Shown here piece by piece: positions 18,148-27,635 of a stretch of 63,347 nucleotides of DNA. Position numbers and translations under genes: made by a program. Source of the stretch: Verrucomicrobiota bacterium (GTDB lineage Bacteria; Bacteroidota; Bacteroidia; Chitinophagales; UBA8649); NCBI GenBank assembly GCA_017853115.1, contig JAFMKE010000001.1, positions 1 through 63,347 on the forward strand, read 5' to 3'. A model generated the notes under the pieces. That model was not told the origin of the DNA. It ran no database searches and worked only from the letters and a program-made list of their open reading frames with translations. Numbering within the stretch: position 1 is the first letter of the stretch; the number at the start of each line of letters is the position of its first letter.

Positions 18148-19035
18148 ATGAAGAAGAGTTTATTCATTCTGTTTGTAAGTCTTATAGTTAGTGCTCAAGC
18201 GCAAGAAGAGATTGTGGTAACGATGAAAAACAAGTCCTTTTCGATTGGCGAAGTACCTGCCTTTGTGAGCTTTATTCCCGAGGCAAATTATGCCCAGGTT
18301 GCCAAAGCGTGGGAGAAATATCTTGAGCAGGGAACGAAAGAGAAGGTGTTATTTGAAAATGGGGAGTATGTTATTCTTTCAAAAGTGTATGAAAAAGTAA
18401 GTTCTGCGCCAATAAATATCTACGCCTACCTTAAAGAATATGAACGAGAACTATTGCTTGTTTGTGCGATGCAAATGAATGGTGAATTTATCTCCAAAGA
18501 GATGGATGAGGAGATTTATATTCCAGCTAAAAAGTATGTTCGCGATTTCGCCGTGGAATCGTACAAAAACGCGGTGTCGGACAAAATTAAAGAAGAAGAG
18601 AAAGTACTGAAGAAATTGGAGAGTGACAAAAATCAGTTGACTTTACAAAAAGAGAACATCTTGTCCTCAATTAATCAGTACGAGAGGAATACTATTACCA
18701 AGCAGGATGATATTACCTTGAATAAGCTGGATCTATCGAATAAAGTGATTCAAATTCAAGCGCAGAAAGAGTTGATTCTGCAGTTAGCCAACGCAGGCGA
18801 AGAGGCACAAGAGGAGGCTGAAAAAGTGCTGAAGGATATGGAAAAAGATTTCAAGAAGTTGCAAAAAGCTAATGAGAACCTACATCAAGACATAGCTTAC
18901 AATGAAAGTCAAATTCGTTTAGAAGAATCGAGCAAGAAAGGTATAGAGAGCCAATTGAAATTTCTTCAATTGGATATTGATGATCAGGAATACAAATTGA
19001 GAAAGCTACAGCAAAAGCTGGAAGATATTCAATAG
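18148..19035 (+). CDS. hypothetical secreted coiled-coil protein
   Basis: The ATG at 18148 gives 'MKKSLFILFVSLIVSAQAQ'. The C-terminal half is K/E/Q-rich with heptad-like periodicity. The track ORF starts at a TTG at 18130. Confidence 0.65.
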   Translation: MKKSLFILFVSLIVSAQAQEEIVVTMKNKSFSIGEVPAFVSFIPEANYAQVAKAWEKYLEQGTKEKVLFENGEYVILSKVYEKVSSAPINIYAYLKEYERELLLVCAMQMNGEFISKEMDEEIYIPAKKYVRDFAVESYKNAVSDKIKEEEKVLKKLESDKNQLTLQKENILSSINQYERNTITKQDDITLNKLDLSNKVIQIQAQKELILQLANAGEEAQEEAEKVLKDMEKDFKKLQKANENLHQDIAYNESQIRLEESSKKGIESQLKFLQLDIDDQEYKLRKLQQKLEDIQ

Positions 19036-19057
19036 CGTCCAGCTTTGGCTCCTAGGC

Positions 19058-20638
19058 TTATCCATTCATGCTGATAAGGAATTCCTCATTAGATTCAGTT
19101 CCTCGCATGTTTTTCAAAATAAAATTCATCGATTCATCTGGTGTCATATCACCCAGGTGATTTCTTAAAATTAGCATACGCTTATATACATCTTCGGCTA
19201 ATAATAAATCCTCGCGACGGGTACTTGAAGAAACTAAATCGATAGCAGGATAAACACGCTTGTTTGCCAATCGACGATCAAGTTGCAACTCCATGTTACC
19301 TGTTCCTTTAAACTCTTCGAAAATTACTTCATCCATTTTAGATCCTGTATCTACCAATGCTGTGGCAAGAATGGTTAAGGAACCGCCATTTTCGATTTTT
19401 CTTGCTGCTCCAAAGAATTTTTTCGGTTTATGGAGGGCATTCGCCTCTACACCACCTGAAAGAACTTTACCTGAGGCTGGAGCAACGGTGTTGTATGCAC
19501 GAGCCAAACGCGTGATAGAATCTAACAGGATAACTACATCATGGCCACATTCAACCAATCGTTTCGCTTTTTGAAGAGCCATGTTGCTCACTTTTACGTG
19601 TCTGTCTGGTGTTTCATCGAAGGTGGAAGAAAGTACTTCCGCCTTTACACTTCGCTCCATATCTGTAACCTCTTCAGGTCGCTCATCAATTAACAGAATC
19701 ATTAAATAAGCTTCTGGGTGGTTTTCTGCAATGGCATTTGCTACGTCCTTTAAGATAGTAGTTTTACCTGTTTTAGGCTGTGCTACAATCATTCCACGTT
19801 GTCCCTTACCAATAGGTGTAAATAAATCAATTACTCGCGTGGAATAATTGTTCGGAGAACCCGTAGATAATTTGAAGCGCTCATTAGGGAAAAGAGGGGT
19901 TAAGTAGTCGAAAGGTACGCGATCTCTCACTTCCTCAGGACTTTTTCCATTAATCGTATCGACTTTCAAAAGAGCAAAATATTTTTCGCCATCTTTCGGT
20001 GGTCGCACTGTTCCTTTGCATGTATCTCCAGTTTTTAACCCAAACAATTTGATTTGCGATGGAGAAACATAAACATCGTCAGGAGAAGACAAATAGTTGT
20101 AATCGGAAGAGCGAAGGAAGCCATATCCTTCTGGCATCATTTCCAATACCCCTTCTGCTGCGATAACCCCATCTATCTCAACGTTAAAAGTAGGTGCCTG
20201 CTTTTTGTGTTGCTGTTCTTTGTGTTGTCGATCATTTTGGTCGTTGGATTTGTCTTGTCTAGGCTGTTTTTCTCGTAAGTCCTTATTTGACTTTTCGCTA
20301 GTCTTGTTTTCTTGAGGCTTTTTAGCTTCATCTTTCGAAGCGTTCTCAGAAACCTCAGTTTTATCATCTGTTGGTTTTGAACTAAGGTTCGATTTTTCTG
20401 CCGTCTTTCTCGGCCGTCTTTCTCGCTTTGGCTTGTCCTCTTTTGGTTCTTTGTTCTCTTCAGCCGTAGCCGAAGGGTTAATTTCTTTAATGGCATTTGG
20501 ATTAACAGCCTGTGCGTCTAAAATAGCTAAAACCAAATCTTGTTTGTTCAGTTTGTTGCTATTTTTCACATTTAGCTTGTCAGCCATTTCTTTCAATTCA
20601 GGAACGAGCATTTCGTTCAGCTGTGAAAAATCGTACAT
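19058..20638 (-). CDS. rho: transcription termination factor Rho with N-terminal insertion domain
   Basis: Rho_N '[18 protein letters not shown]', CSD-like '[14 protein letters not shown]', Walker A 'AQPKTGKT' and the C-terminal RecA fold are all present. An extra low-complexity segment of about 97 aa occupies residues ~52-148. Confidence 0.95.
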   Translation of the reverse strand: MYDFSQLNEMLVPELKEMADKLNVKNSNKLNKQDLVLAILDAQAVNPNAIKEINPSATAEENKEPKEDKPKRERRPRKTAEKSNLSSKPTDDKTEVSENASKDEAKKPQENKTSEKSNKDLREKQPRQDKSNDQNDRQHKEQQHKKQAPTFNVEIDGVIAAEGVLEMMPEGYGFLRSSDYNYLSSPDDVYVSPSQIKLFGLKTGDTCKGTVRPPKDGEKYFALLKVDTINGKSPEEVRDRVPFDYLTPLFPNERFKLSTGSPNNYSTRVIDLFTPIGKGQRGMIVAQPKTGKTTILKDVANAIAENHPEAYLMILLIDERPEEVTDMERSVKAEVLSSTFDETPDRHVKVSNMALQKAKRLVECGHDVVILLDSITRLARAYNTVAPASGKVLSGGVEANALHKPKKFFGAARKIENGGSLTILATALVDTGSKMDEVIFEEFKGTGNMELQLDRRLANKRVYPAIDLVSSSTRREDLLLAEDVYKRMLILRNHLGDMTPDESMNFILKNMRGTESNEEFLISMNG

Positions 20639-20817
20639 AAGTTTTGATAATTTTAATCGTAAATTCTTGCGAAAAAATAGGTTGAATTTCTTTTGAAGTG
20701 CTAGAGCTAGCGTATGACATTTTGCTTGTCACTACAATGTTACGCAAAGTTTTCCGAATTCATACATTATTTATTGAAATAAGTTCAACTCACTGCTTTT
20801 TTTGAAGGGGCATTGGC

Positions 20818-20825
20818 TATTTTTG
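20818..20825 (+). promoter_or_regulatory. -7 promoter box TATTTTTG
   Basis: Ends 17 nt upstream of the serS ATG. Confidence 0.45.
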
Positions 20826-20842
20826 TGTAAAATTAGAATAGC

Positions 20843-22120
20843 ATGCTGGATGTTAACTACTTAAGAGAAAATTATGATGTGGCCCTTGCAGGCTTGGAAA
20901 AGCGTCATTTGGAAGGTGGAAGAGAAATGTTGAATAAAGCCATTGAGCTGGATGATACGCGTAAACGCTTGCAAACTGAGCTTGATGAACAACTTGCAAA
21001 GTCGAATATGCTCTCAAAACAAATTGGGGAGTTATTCAAGACAGGTGAAAGAGCGGAGGCAGAAAAGTTGCGTGCTGAAACTGTGGAACTAAAAGCTACC
21101 ATAAAATCATTGCAAGATGACCAGCAGACTAACTTGTTGGAGTTGGAGGACCATTTGTTGCAGATTCCCAATATCCCGCACTTCAGTGTTCGAGGAGGTA
21201 AAACGCCAGAGGATAATGAGATAATAAGAAAATGGGGAGAGTTCCCGGTACTTGCGGAAGATAATGAATTGCCGCATTGGGAGCTCGCTAAAAAGTATAA
21301 TATTTTTGATTTGGAGTTGGGGGTTAAATTGACAGGCGGTGGATTCCCTGTTTATACAGGCAAAGGCGCTCAGCTTCAGCGAGGATTGATTAACTTTTTT
21401 CTGAATCAGGCAATAAATGCCGGATACAAAGAAGTAATTCCCCCGTTAATGGTTAATGAGGCTAGTGCGCGTGCCACAGGTCAGCTGCCGGACAAGGAGG
21501 GTCAAATGTATGAGATGAAGGAAGATCCGTATTTCTTGATTCCTACGGCAGAAGTTCCCATAACGAATATTTATCGTGATGAAGTGGTGAACGAAGAAGA
21601 CTTACCGGTAAAAATGGTTGGATATACACCTTGTTTTCGCAGAGAAGCCGGATCGTATGGAGCGCATGTGCGTGGCTTGAATCGTTTGCATCAATTTGAT
21701 AAGGTAGAGATTGTTCAGGTAGCTCACCCCGATAAGAGCTATGAAATTTTAGAAGAGATGCTTGGTCATGTGGAATCTTTGGTTCAAGCACTGGGCTTGC
21801 CATATAGAGTGCTGCGCTTGTGTGGTGGAGATATGGGTTTTACGTCAAGTTTGACATACGATATAGAAGTGTATAGTGCCGCTCAAAAAAGGTGGTTGGA
21901 GGTTAGTAGTGTATCGAATTTTGAAACCTTTCAGGCCAATCGCTTAAAACTGAGAATTAAAGATAAGGATGGGAAACGAAGCTTGGCACATACGCTGAAC
22001 GGCAGTGCCCTTGCCTTGCCGCGTATTTTAGCGGCTATGATTGAAAACAATCAAACGCCAGAGGGAATAGTTATTCCAGAAGCAATCCAAGCTTTTGTCG
22101 GGTTCGAAGTCTTGCATTAA
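20843..22120 (+). CDS. serS: serine--tRNA ligase
   Basis: N-terminal coiled-coil arm and class II motifs ('GYTPCFRREAGS', 'NGSALALPR'). Confidence 0.95.
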   Translation: MLDVNYLRENYDVALAGLEKRHLEGGREMLNKAIELDDTRKRLQTELDEQLAKSNMLSKQIGELFKTGERAEAEKLRAETVELKATIKSLQDDQQTNLLELEDHLLQIPNIPHFSVRGGKTPEDNEIIRKWGEFPVLAEDNELPHWELAKKYNIFDLELGVKLTGGGFPVYTGKGAQLQRGLINFFLNQAINAGYKEVIPPLMVNEASARATGQLPDKEGQMYEMKEDPYFLIPTAEVPITNIYRDEVVNEEDLPVKMVGYTPCFRREAGSYGAHVRGLNRLHQFDKVEIVQVAHPDKSYEILEEMLGHVESLVQALGLPYRVLRLCGGDMGFTSSLTYDIEVYSAAQKRWLEVSSVSNFETFQANRLKLRIKDKDGKRSLAHTLNGSALALPRILAAMIENNQTPEGIVIPEAIQAFVGFEVLH

Positions 22121-22191
22121 TCCTTTTTTCTCTGATTAAAAGTGAAATTTTATAGTTTTCTCGGGAACTTATTCTTCTGTTTTTTGTTTTC

Positions 22192-22229
22192 GATAGTATT
22201 ACTATCAATTTTGTTAGTATAAATACTAA
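22192..22229. promoter_or_regulatory. two palindromic candidate TetR operators
   Basis: GATAGTA-T-TACTATC (22192..22206) and TTAGTAT-AA-ATACTAA (22214..22229). Both have perfect 7-bp arms sharing a TAGTA core. The second ends 6 nt before the TetR ATG. Confidence 0.6.
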
Positions 22230-22235
22230 TATTGG

Positions 22236-22913
22236 ATGAATCAATTGTTACAAAATTTAAGTATTCAGTTAAATGAGAAGATTTATTTGAAAAATCCTTC
22301 ATCTTCTGATCTCGGCAATCGCATTGTGTCAGAATCGGTATTAATGATTGATGAGCTGGGTCTTGAACAATTTAACTTTAAGAAGTTAGCTACTCGCTTG
22401 AATACAGCAGAAAGTTCCATATATCGATACTTTGACAATAAGCATAAGTTACTGATTTATCATGTTTCTTGGTTCTGGACTTGGATGGAGTATCGTCTGG
22501 TGTTCTCAACAGCCAATGTGCACGACCCCTATGAAAAACTTCGTTTGGCCCTGGAAAACATTGCTTCTCCCATTGAAGGATTTGAAAAGGTAGCGGGAAT
22601 TAATATGCATGCACTTGAACGTATAATTGTTAACGAATCGTCTAAAGCATTTTTGACCAAAGAAGTTGAACAAGAAAATAAAGATGGTTTTTTTCGCGCC
22701 TATAAATCCTTTTGCCATCGTATTGAAGGATTTATTAAACAAATTGACCCTTCCTATCCATATGCTAATGCATTGGTTTCAACTACTGTAGATGGAATTC
22801 AAATGCAAAAGTTTTATGCCGAGCATTTACCGGCACTAACCGATTTTACGCATAGAGAGGAAAAAATACCACAAATGTTTTATCGCCTAATTATTCAATC
22901 ACTTGCTTCTTAA
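22236..22913 (+). CDS. TetR/AcrR-family transcriptional regulator
   Basis: N-terminal HTH 'FNFKKLATRLNTAESSIYRYFDNKHKLL'. About 225 aa, located directly upstream of the exporter genes. Confidence 0.85.
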   Translation: MNQLLQNLSIQLNEKIYLKNPSSSDLGNRIVSESVLMIDELGLEQFNFKKLATRLNTAESSIYRYFDNKHKLLIYHVSWFWTWMEYRLVFSTANVHDPYEKLRLALENIASPIEGFEKVAGINMHALERIIVNESSKAFLTKEVEQENKDGFFRAYKSFCHRIEGFIKQIDPSYPYANALVSTTVDGIQMQKFYAEHLPALTDFTHREEKIPQMFYRLIIQSLAS

Positions 22914-22922
22914 TAACTAAAC

Positions 22923-24641
22923 ATGAATCCATTATCACCTTTGAAACGATTTGTGCGCCTACTTCGGTCAGAAGGAGAGTCAGTAAAGCGGATTTACATC
23001 TTTGCTTTGTTTAATGGCTTAGTGGCTTTATCCCTTCCCTTAGGTATTCAGTCTATTATTTCATTTATCCAAACAGGGCAAATTACGGCTAGTTGGATTG
23101 TTCTTGTTTTGATTGTGGTTGGCGGAGTTGTGCTCGCAGGTTGGTTACAGGTGTTACAGCTTAAAACTTCGGAGAAAATTCAACAGCGTATATATGCAAA
23201 GTCTGCGCTTGAGTTGGCTTATCGATTGCCTAAAATCAAGTCGGAGGAAATGTATCGTTTCTATGCGCCGGAATTAGCAAATAGGTTTTTTGATACATTA
23301 ACAATTCAAAAAGGGCTATCAAAAATCTTGATTGATTTTACTTCTGCAGTGATGCAAATTGCTTTTGGTCTACTTCTATTATCTTTTTATCACCCTTTTT
23401 TCATTCTGCTTGGCTTACTGGTAACTTTCGTCTTGTATCTCATAATTCGAGCAACCTTTAACGAAGGTCTACATACGAGTATCGAGGAGTCTAAAATCAA
23501 GTATCAAACAGCCCATTGGCTTGAAGAGGTAGCTCGTTCAGTTTTCTCATTTAAATTGAGTGGGAATTCAGATTTTCATACGGATAAGGCAGACGAACTG
23601 TCTGCTAAGTATATCGAGGCCCGTAAAGCGCACTTTGGAGTATTGCTGAAGCAATATTGGGGTATGATCGGCTTTAAAGCGATACTGGCAATGTCCTTAC
23701 TCTTAATCGGCGGATTTTTAGTTATCAATCAAAATATGAATATTGGTCAATTCGTTGCAGCGGAAATTATAATTCTCTTGGTTTTAAATTCTGTAGAAAA
23801 ATTGATTTTGAGTGCAGAAACAATTTATGACGTACTAACGGCTTTTGATAAAATTGGCGTTATTACCGATCTAGAACTTGAATCAAAAAGCAATGATTTA
23901 ACTGGGTTTGTCTGCAAAGATAAAGGCATAGAGGTAGAGTTAAATCATGTCAGTTTTAGTTATCCTGGTAGAAGCCTAGAGGTTATTAAAGATGTGCATT
24001 TTACTGTAGAGTCAGGTCAGAAGGTTTGTATAATTGGTGAGAATGCCTCAGGTAAAACAAGCTTATTGAATATCATTAGCACACTCTATGCTCCGACGAA
24101 GGGGATTGTTAAGTTTCATGGTTATCATTGCGTTGACCTGGATTTGCATGAAATACGAAGCCACATAGGCTCTTATTTAGAGAGTGAAGACTTGTTTGAA
24201 GCAACACTATACGAAAATATTTCGCTCTTGAGAAAGACAGTGAGTACCGAAGATGTAATTGATGCCATCAATCATGTTAAACTCAATGAATTTGTAAATA
24301 GCGATTCTGAAGGCCTACATAAATTAATTAAACCGACAGGGAAAACTTTATCCAAGAGTGTAGTTCAAAAAATCCTTCTCGCTCGAAGTATTGTTTGTAA
24401 ACCAAAAGTATTAGTAATTGGGAATAACTTAAATAATCTTTCTCCGCAAGATAAGCATGACGTTATTGATTACCTATGTTCGTCTACCCACGAATGGACC
24501 TTGTTCTTCTCTACAAACGACCCATACGTAGCCGCCAAGTGCGATCGAGTTATTGCTCTTGAACAAGGAGCGGTGCTTGCGGATGGTAAATTCAAAGATT
24601 TAATTGTTAATCCAACCATTAAAAGTATTCTTGATGCTTAA
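22923..24641 (+). CDS. ABC exporter half-transporter (TMD-NBD) with degenerate nucleotide-binding domain
   Basis: About 300 aa form a 6-TM exporter domain, followed by an NBD. Walker A 'GENASGKTS' is intact. The signature reads 'LSKSV', the Walker B position reads 'VLVIGN', Q-loop Q is replaced by E, and H-loop H by N. There is no C39 peptidase domain. Confidence 0.85.
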   Translation: MNPLSPLKRFVRLLRSEGESVKRIYIFALFNGLVALSLPLGIQSIISFIQTGQITASWIVLVLIVVGGVVLAGWLQVLQLKTSEKIQQRIYAKSALELAYRLPKIKSEEMYRFYAPELANRFFDTLTIQKGLSKILIDFTSAVMQIAFGLLLLSFYHPFFILLGLLVTFVLYLIIRATFNEGLHTSIEESKIKYQTAHWLEEVARSVFSFKLSGNSDFHTDKADELSAKYIEARKAHFGVLLKQYWGMIGFKAILAMSLLLIGGFLVINQNMNIGQFVAAEIIILLVLNSVEKLILSAETIYDVLTAFDKIGVITDLELESKSNDLTGFVCKDKGIEVELNHVSFSYPGRSLEVIKDVHFTVESGQKVCIIGENASGKTSLLNIISTLYAPTKGIVKFHGYHCVDLDLHEIRSHIGSYLESEDLFEATLYENISLLRKTVSTEDVIDAINHVKLNEFVNSDSEGLHKLIKPTGKTLSKSVVQKILLARSIVCKPKVLVIGNNLNNLSPQDKHDVIDYLCSSTHEWTLFFSTNDPYVAAKCDRVIALEQGAVLADGKFKDLIVNPTIKSILDA

Positions 24642-25998
24642 TATTTCAGAAAATCATATCGGAAAAGATTTTAGGGATAGGAAGTTTCAATCCTTGGAAT
24701 TGCTTGAACACAAAAAAGCCAATACCTTGTTATATAAGGCATCGTTAATTGCTCTTGCGATATTAATTTTAATCGGTCTTTTACCTTGGACGCAGAATAT
24801 CAATGCAAGAGGGCAAGTTACTGCCTTGAATCCCGAGGAACGTCCACAAACTATTCACTCTATAATTCCGGGTAGAATTGAAAATTGGATGGTGGTTGAA
24901 GGCCAGTATGTTAAACAAGGAGATACTGTTGCATTACTTTCGGAAATTAAAGAAGACTACTTCGACCCCAATCTGGTTGAGAACGTGGAGAACCAGATTA
25001 AGGCTAAAGAGTTATCTGTCAAATCCTACATGGATAAAGTAAATGCCTTAGACAATCAAATTGATGCCTTGATTAAAAATCAATTGCTCAAACAAGAACA
25101 AGCACGCAACAAAATTCAACAGGCTCAATTGAAAATAATTTCGGATAGTATTGATTTAGAAGCAGTGAAAACTGATTTACAGATTGCATCTGATCAGCTA
25201 GGTCGTATGGAGACTTTGTACGCTGAAGGACTCAAATCTTTAACCGATGTAGAGGCTAAGCGTTTGAAATTTCAAGAGAGTTTAGCCAAAAAGATATCTC
25301 AGGAGAATAAGTTGCTAACCAGTCGAAACGAACTGATTAACGCCAAAGTTGAACTCAATAATATCGACAATGAGTTTGCTGATAAAATTGCCAAAGCTGA
25401 AAGTGATAAATATGCTTCACTATCTGCTATGTATGATTCCGAAACCCAAGTTACTAAGTTGCAAAATCAATTCGTAAACTATTCTATTCGTTCAGGAATG
25501 TATTATATACTTGCCCCACAAGATGGCTACATTACGCGCGCATTTGTAACTGGTGTTGGAGAAAATATTAAGGAAGGTCAGCCGCTGATGAGTATCATGC
25601 CGGCCAATCCGCAACTCGCGGTAGAAGTCTATGTGAAGCCTATGGATTTACCTTTATTGGTCAAAGGGCAACGGGTGCGTTTACAATTTGATGGTTGGCC
25701 TGCACTAGTTTTTAGCGGATGGGAGGGTGCAAGTTTTGGTACTTTTGGTGCGGTAGTGGTTGCCATTGATAATTTTACTTCTGAAAATAACAGGTATCGA
25801 ATTTTGGTGTCTCCCGATCCTGAAGATATTCCGTGGCCTGAAGCTATTCGTGTTGGGGCAGGGGCTAACGCAATGATTCTATTGAATGACGTACCTATTG
25901 CCTATGAAGTATGGCGGCAAATCAATGGATTCCCACCAAATTTTTACGAGGGAAATCAAGCAAATGCAAAAAGTATGGATAAAAAAGACAAGGAATGA
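24634..25998 (+). CDS. HlyD-family membrane fusion protein
   Basis: N-terminal TM anchor, lipoyl-like 'GQYVKQGDTVALL', a long coiled coil, and a C-terminal beta-barrel. The ATG at 24634 overlaps the ABC stop (ATGCTTAA). The track ORF starts at a TTG at 24604. Confidence 0.88.
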   Translation: MLNISENHIGKDFRDRKFQSLELLEHKKANTLLYKASLIALAILILIGLLPWTQNINARGQVTALNPEERPQTIHSIIPGRIENWMVVEGQYVKQGDTVALLSEIKEDYFDPNLVENVENQIKAKELSVKSYMDKVNALDNQIDALIKNQLLKQEQARNKIQQAQLKIISDSIDLEAVKTDLQIASDQLGRMETLYAEGLKSLTDVEAKRLKFQESLAKKISQENKLLTSRNELINAKVELNNIDNEFADKIAKAESDKYASLSAMYDSETQVTKLQNQFVNYSIRSGMYYILAPQDGYITRAFVTGVGENIKEGQPLMSIMPANPQLAVEVYVKPMDLPLLVKGQRVRLQFDGWPALVFSGWEGASFGTFGAVVVAIDNFTSENNRYRILVSPDPEDIPWPEAIRVGAGANAMILLNDVPIAYEVWRQINGFPPNFYEGNQANAKSMDKKDKE

Positions 25999-27386
25999 TT
26001 GCTCGCTATGCATATCTTATTGTTGCGATAGTTTCATTGCACATCTCATTCGGACAAACCGTGGTTACGGAAGAGGAGTTTATTGCAGCGGTAATTCAAT
26101 ATCACCCCATTGCTCTTCAAGCAGATTTACGTGAAGCAATTGGTAATTCGAAACTTTTAAAAGCCAAAGGTTGGTTTGACCCAAAACTAACTACGGACTT
26201 TAATCAAAAGTCATTTGATGATAAGAATTATTTTCAAATGCTCGATGGTTCGCTTAAAGTACCAACTTGGATTGGGGCAGATCTCAAGTTGGGTTATAGT
26301 TGGAATAATGGTGTTTTTCTTAATCCTGAGAACAATTTACCCAGCAATGGTTTGCTAAGTGCCGGAATAGAATTACCTGTTTTACGCGGGCTAATCATGG
26401 ATAAGCGAAGAGCAGATCTTCAGCAAGGGAAGAATTATGCACAAATGGGACAGTTGGAAAGACAACAGTTACTGAACGAATTGGTCTTTGAAGCCAGTCA
26501 AGCCTATTGGCAATGGTTCGAGGCGAATCGGAATTTTACGATATCGGCTGAGGGGGTGATTTTAGCCGAAGCTACTCTTGAATTCACTCGGGTTAGTAGC
26601 CGACTTGGCGATAAGCCTTATATCGACACCTTGGAAGCTTTAATACAGGTGCAAAATAGACAAGTAGATAAGGCTCTAGATAGCCTCGAGCTTATAAATA
26701 GTAGGCTTTGGGCCTCTTCTTTCCTGTGGTTGGATGATTTGACTCCTGCACTTATTGCCGAAGATGCCGTGCCGATGTCTTTTGAGCGTAATGATAAAGC
26801 TATCCAGGAATTCCTTGATGAAATGGCTGCTAAAGAAGATTCTTTACTGATAAATAATCCCAAGTTGCGCTGGTATGATTACAAATTAAGTAATCTCAAT
26901 ATTGATCGAAAGTTAGCAAAAGAGCAACTAAAACCCGTGCTGAATGTCGGGTATAATTTCTTGAATCAGCCTCTAGAGGAAACTGTCTTTGATCGCTTTA
27001 ATGTTTCCAACTACAAGTGGAATGTTAACTTATCAGTTCCTTTGTTTCTAAGAAAGGAAAGGGGGAATTTTAAAGCAGTTAATGCTGAGTTTGAAGCGGC
27101 AAGTGCAGACTTTTCTAATTTGCAATTGCAGCAAGAGAACAAGGTGAAAGCCATTAACAATAAAATTAGCGTCTACCTGCAGCAGTTAGATTTAGTGAGT
27201 AAGAATATTATCGATAACCGTACCTTGGTTCAGGCCGAAAAAAGGAAGTTCAATATCGGAGAAAGCAGCGTATTTCTGGTCAATTATCGGGAGATAAGCT
27301 TGCTGAAAGTATTACAAAAAGAAGCTTCTCTTCAAGCTAAATTGAAACTTGCTTTGGCGGAACTGGAAATGGCTATTGGATGGTAG
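25995..27386 (+). CDS. TolC-family outer membrane channel
   Basis: Signal peptide and two OEP-type repeat halves. Its start overlaps the HlyD stop (ATGA). Confidence 0.88.
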   Translation: MIARYAYLIVAIVSLHISFGQTVVTEEEFIAAVIQYHPIALQADLREAIGNSKLLKAKGWFDPKLTTDFNQKSFDDKNYFQMLDGSLKVPTWIGADLKLGYSWNNGVFLNPENNLPSNGLLSAGIELPVLRGLIMDKRRADLQQGKNYAQMGQLERQQLLNELVFEASQAYWQWFEANRNFTISAEGVILAEATLEFTRVSSRLGDKPYIDTLEALIQVQNRQVDKALDSLELINSRLWASSFLWLDDLTPALIAEDAVPMSFERNDKAIQEFLDEMAAKEDSLLINNPKLRWYDYKLSNLNIDRKLAKEQLKPVLNVGYNFLNQPLEETVFDRFNVSNYKWNVNLSVPLFLRKERGNFKAVNAEFEAASADFSNLQLQQENKVKAINNKISVYLQQLDLVSKNIIDNRTLVQAEKRKFNIGESSVFLVNYREISLLKVLQKEASLQAKLKLALAELEMAIGW

Positions 27387-27617
27387 CTAAAAAAGTTCGT
27401 CTATGGCCGCAGCTAATTCCCGGTCTTTGTCTGTAATCGTATTGCCAGCATCGTGGGTGGTAAGACGAATCTCAACTTCATTATATACATTACTCCACCA
27501 GGGATGGTGATTTTGTTTTTCAGCAAGTATAGCTACTCTTGTCATAAAGCCGAAAGCCTCAGAGAAATCTGAAAATTTAAATTTCTTTACTAATTCGTTG
27601 TTTTCTTCAGTCCACAT
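27387..27617 (-). CDS. 4a-hydroxytetrahydrobiopterin (pterin-4a-carbinolamine) dehydratase
   Basis: 76 aa with 'F.F.DF..AF.FM..VA..AE..NHHP' and 'V.I.L.THD', matching the PCD/DCoH family. Confidence 0.88.
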   Translation of the reverse strand: MWTEENNELVKKFKFSDFSEAFGFMTRVAILAEKQNHHPWWSNVYNEVEIRLTTHDAGNTITDKDRELAAAIDELF

Positions 27618-27635
27618 CTTGTAATGTTTAGCTTA

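Noticed and set aside
20054-20696. Several 74-107-aa ORFs within or antisense to the rho N-terminal insertion
   Set aside because: They are artefacts of the purine-rich, low-complexity K/E-coding DNA. Rho itself explains the region.
25886-26134. 82-aa ORF across the HlyD/TolC junction
   Set aside because: It is in an alternative frame and fully overlapped by two well-supported genes.
22923-27386. ABC-HlyD-TolC considered as a bacteriocin/PCAT or RTX type I secretion system
   Set aside because: The ABC protein has no C39 peptidase domain. No GG-leader peptide or RTX gene lies on either flank. TetR control points to small-molecule efflux.
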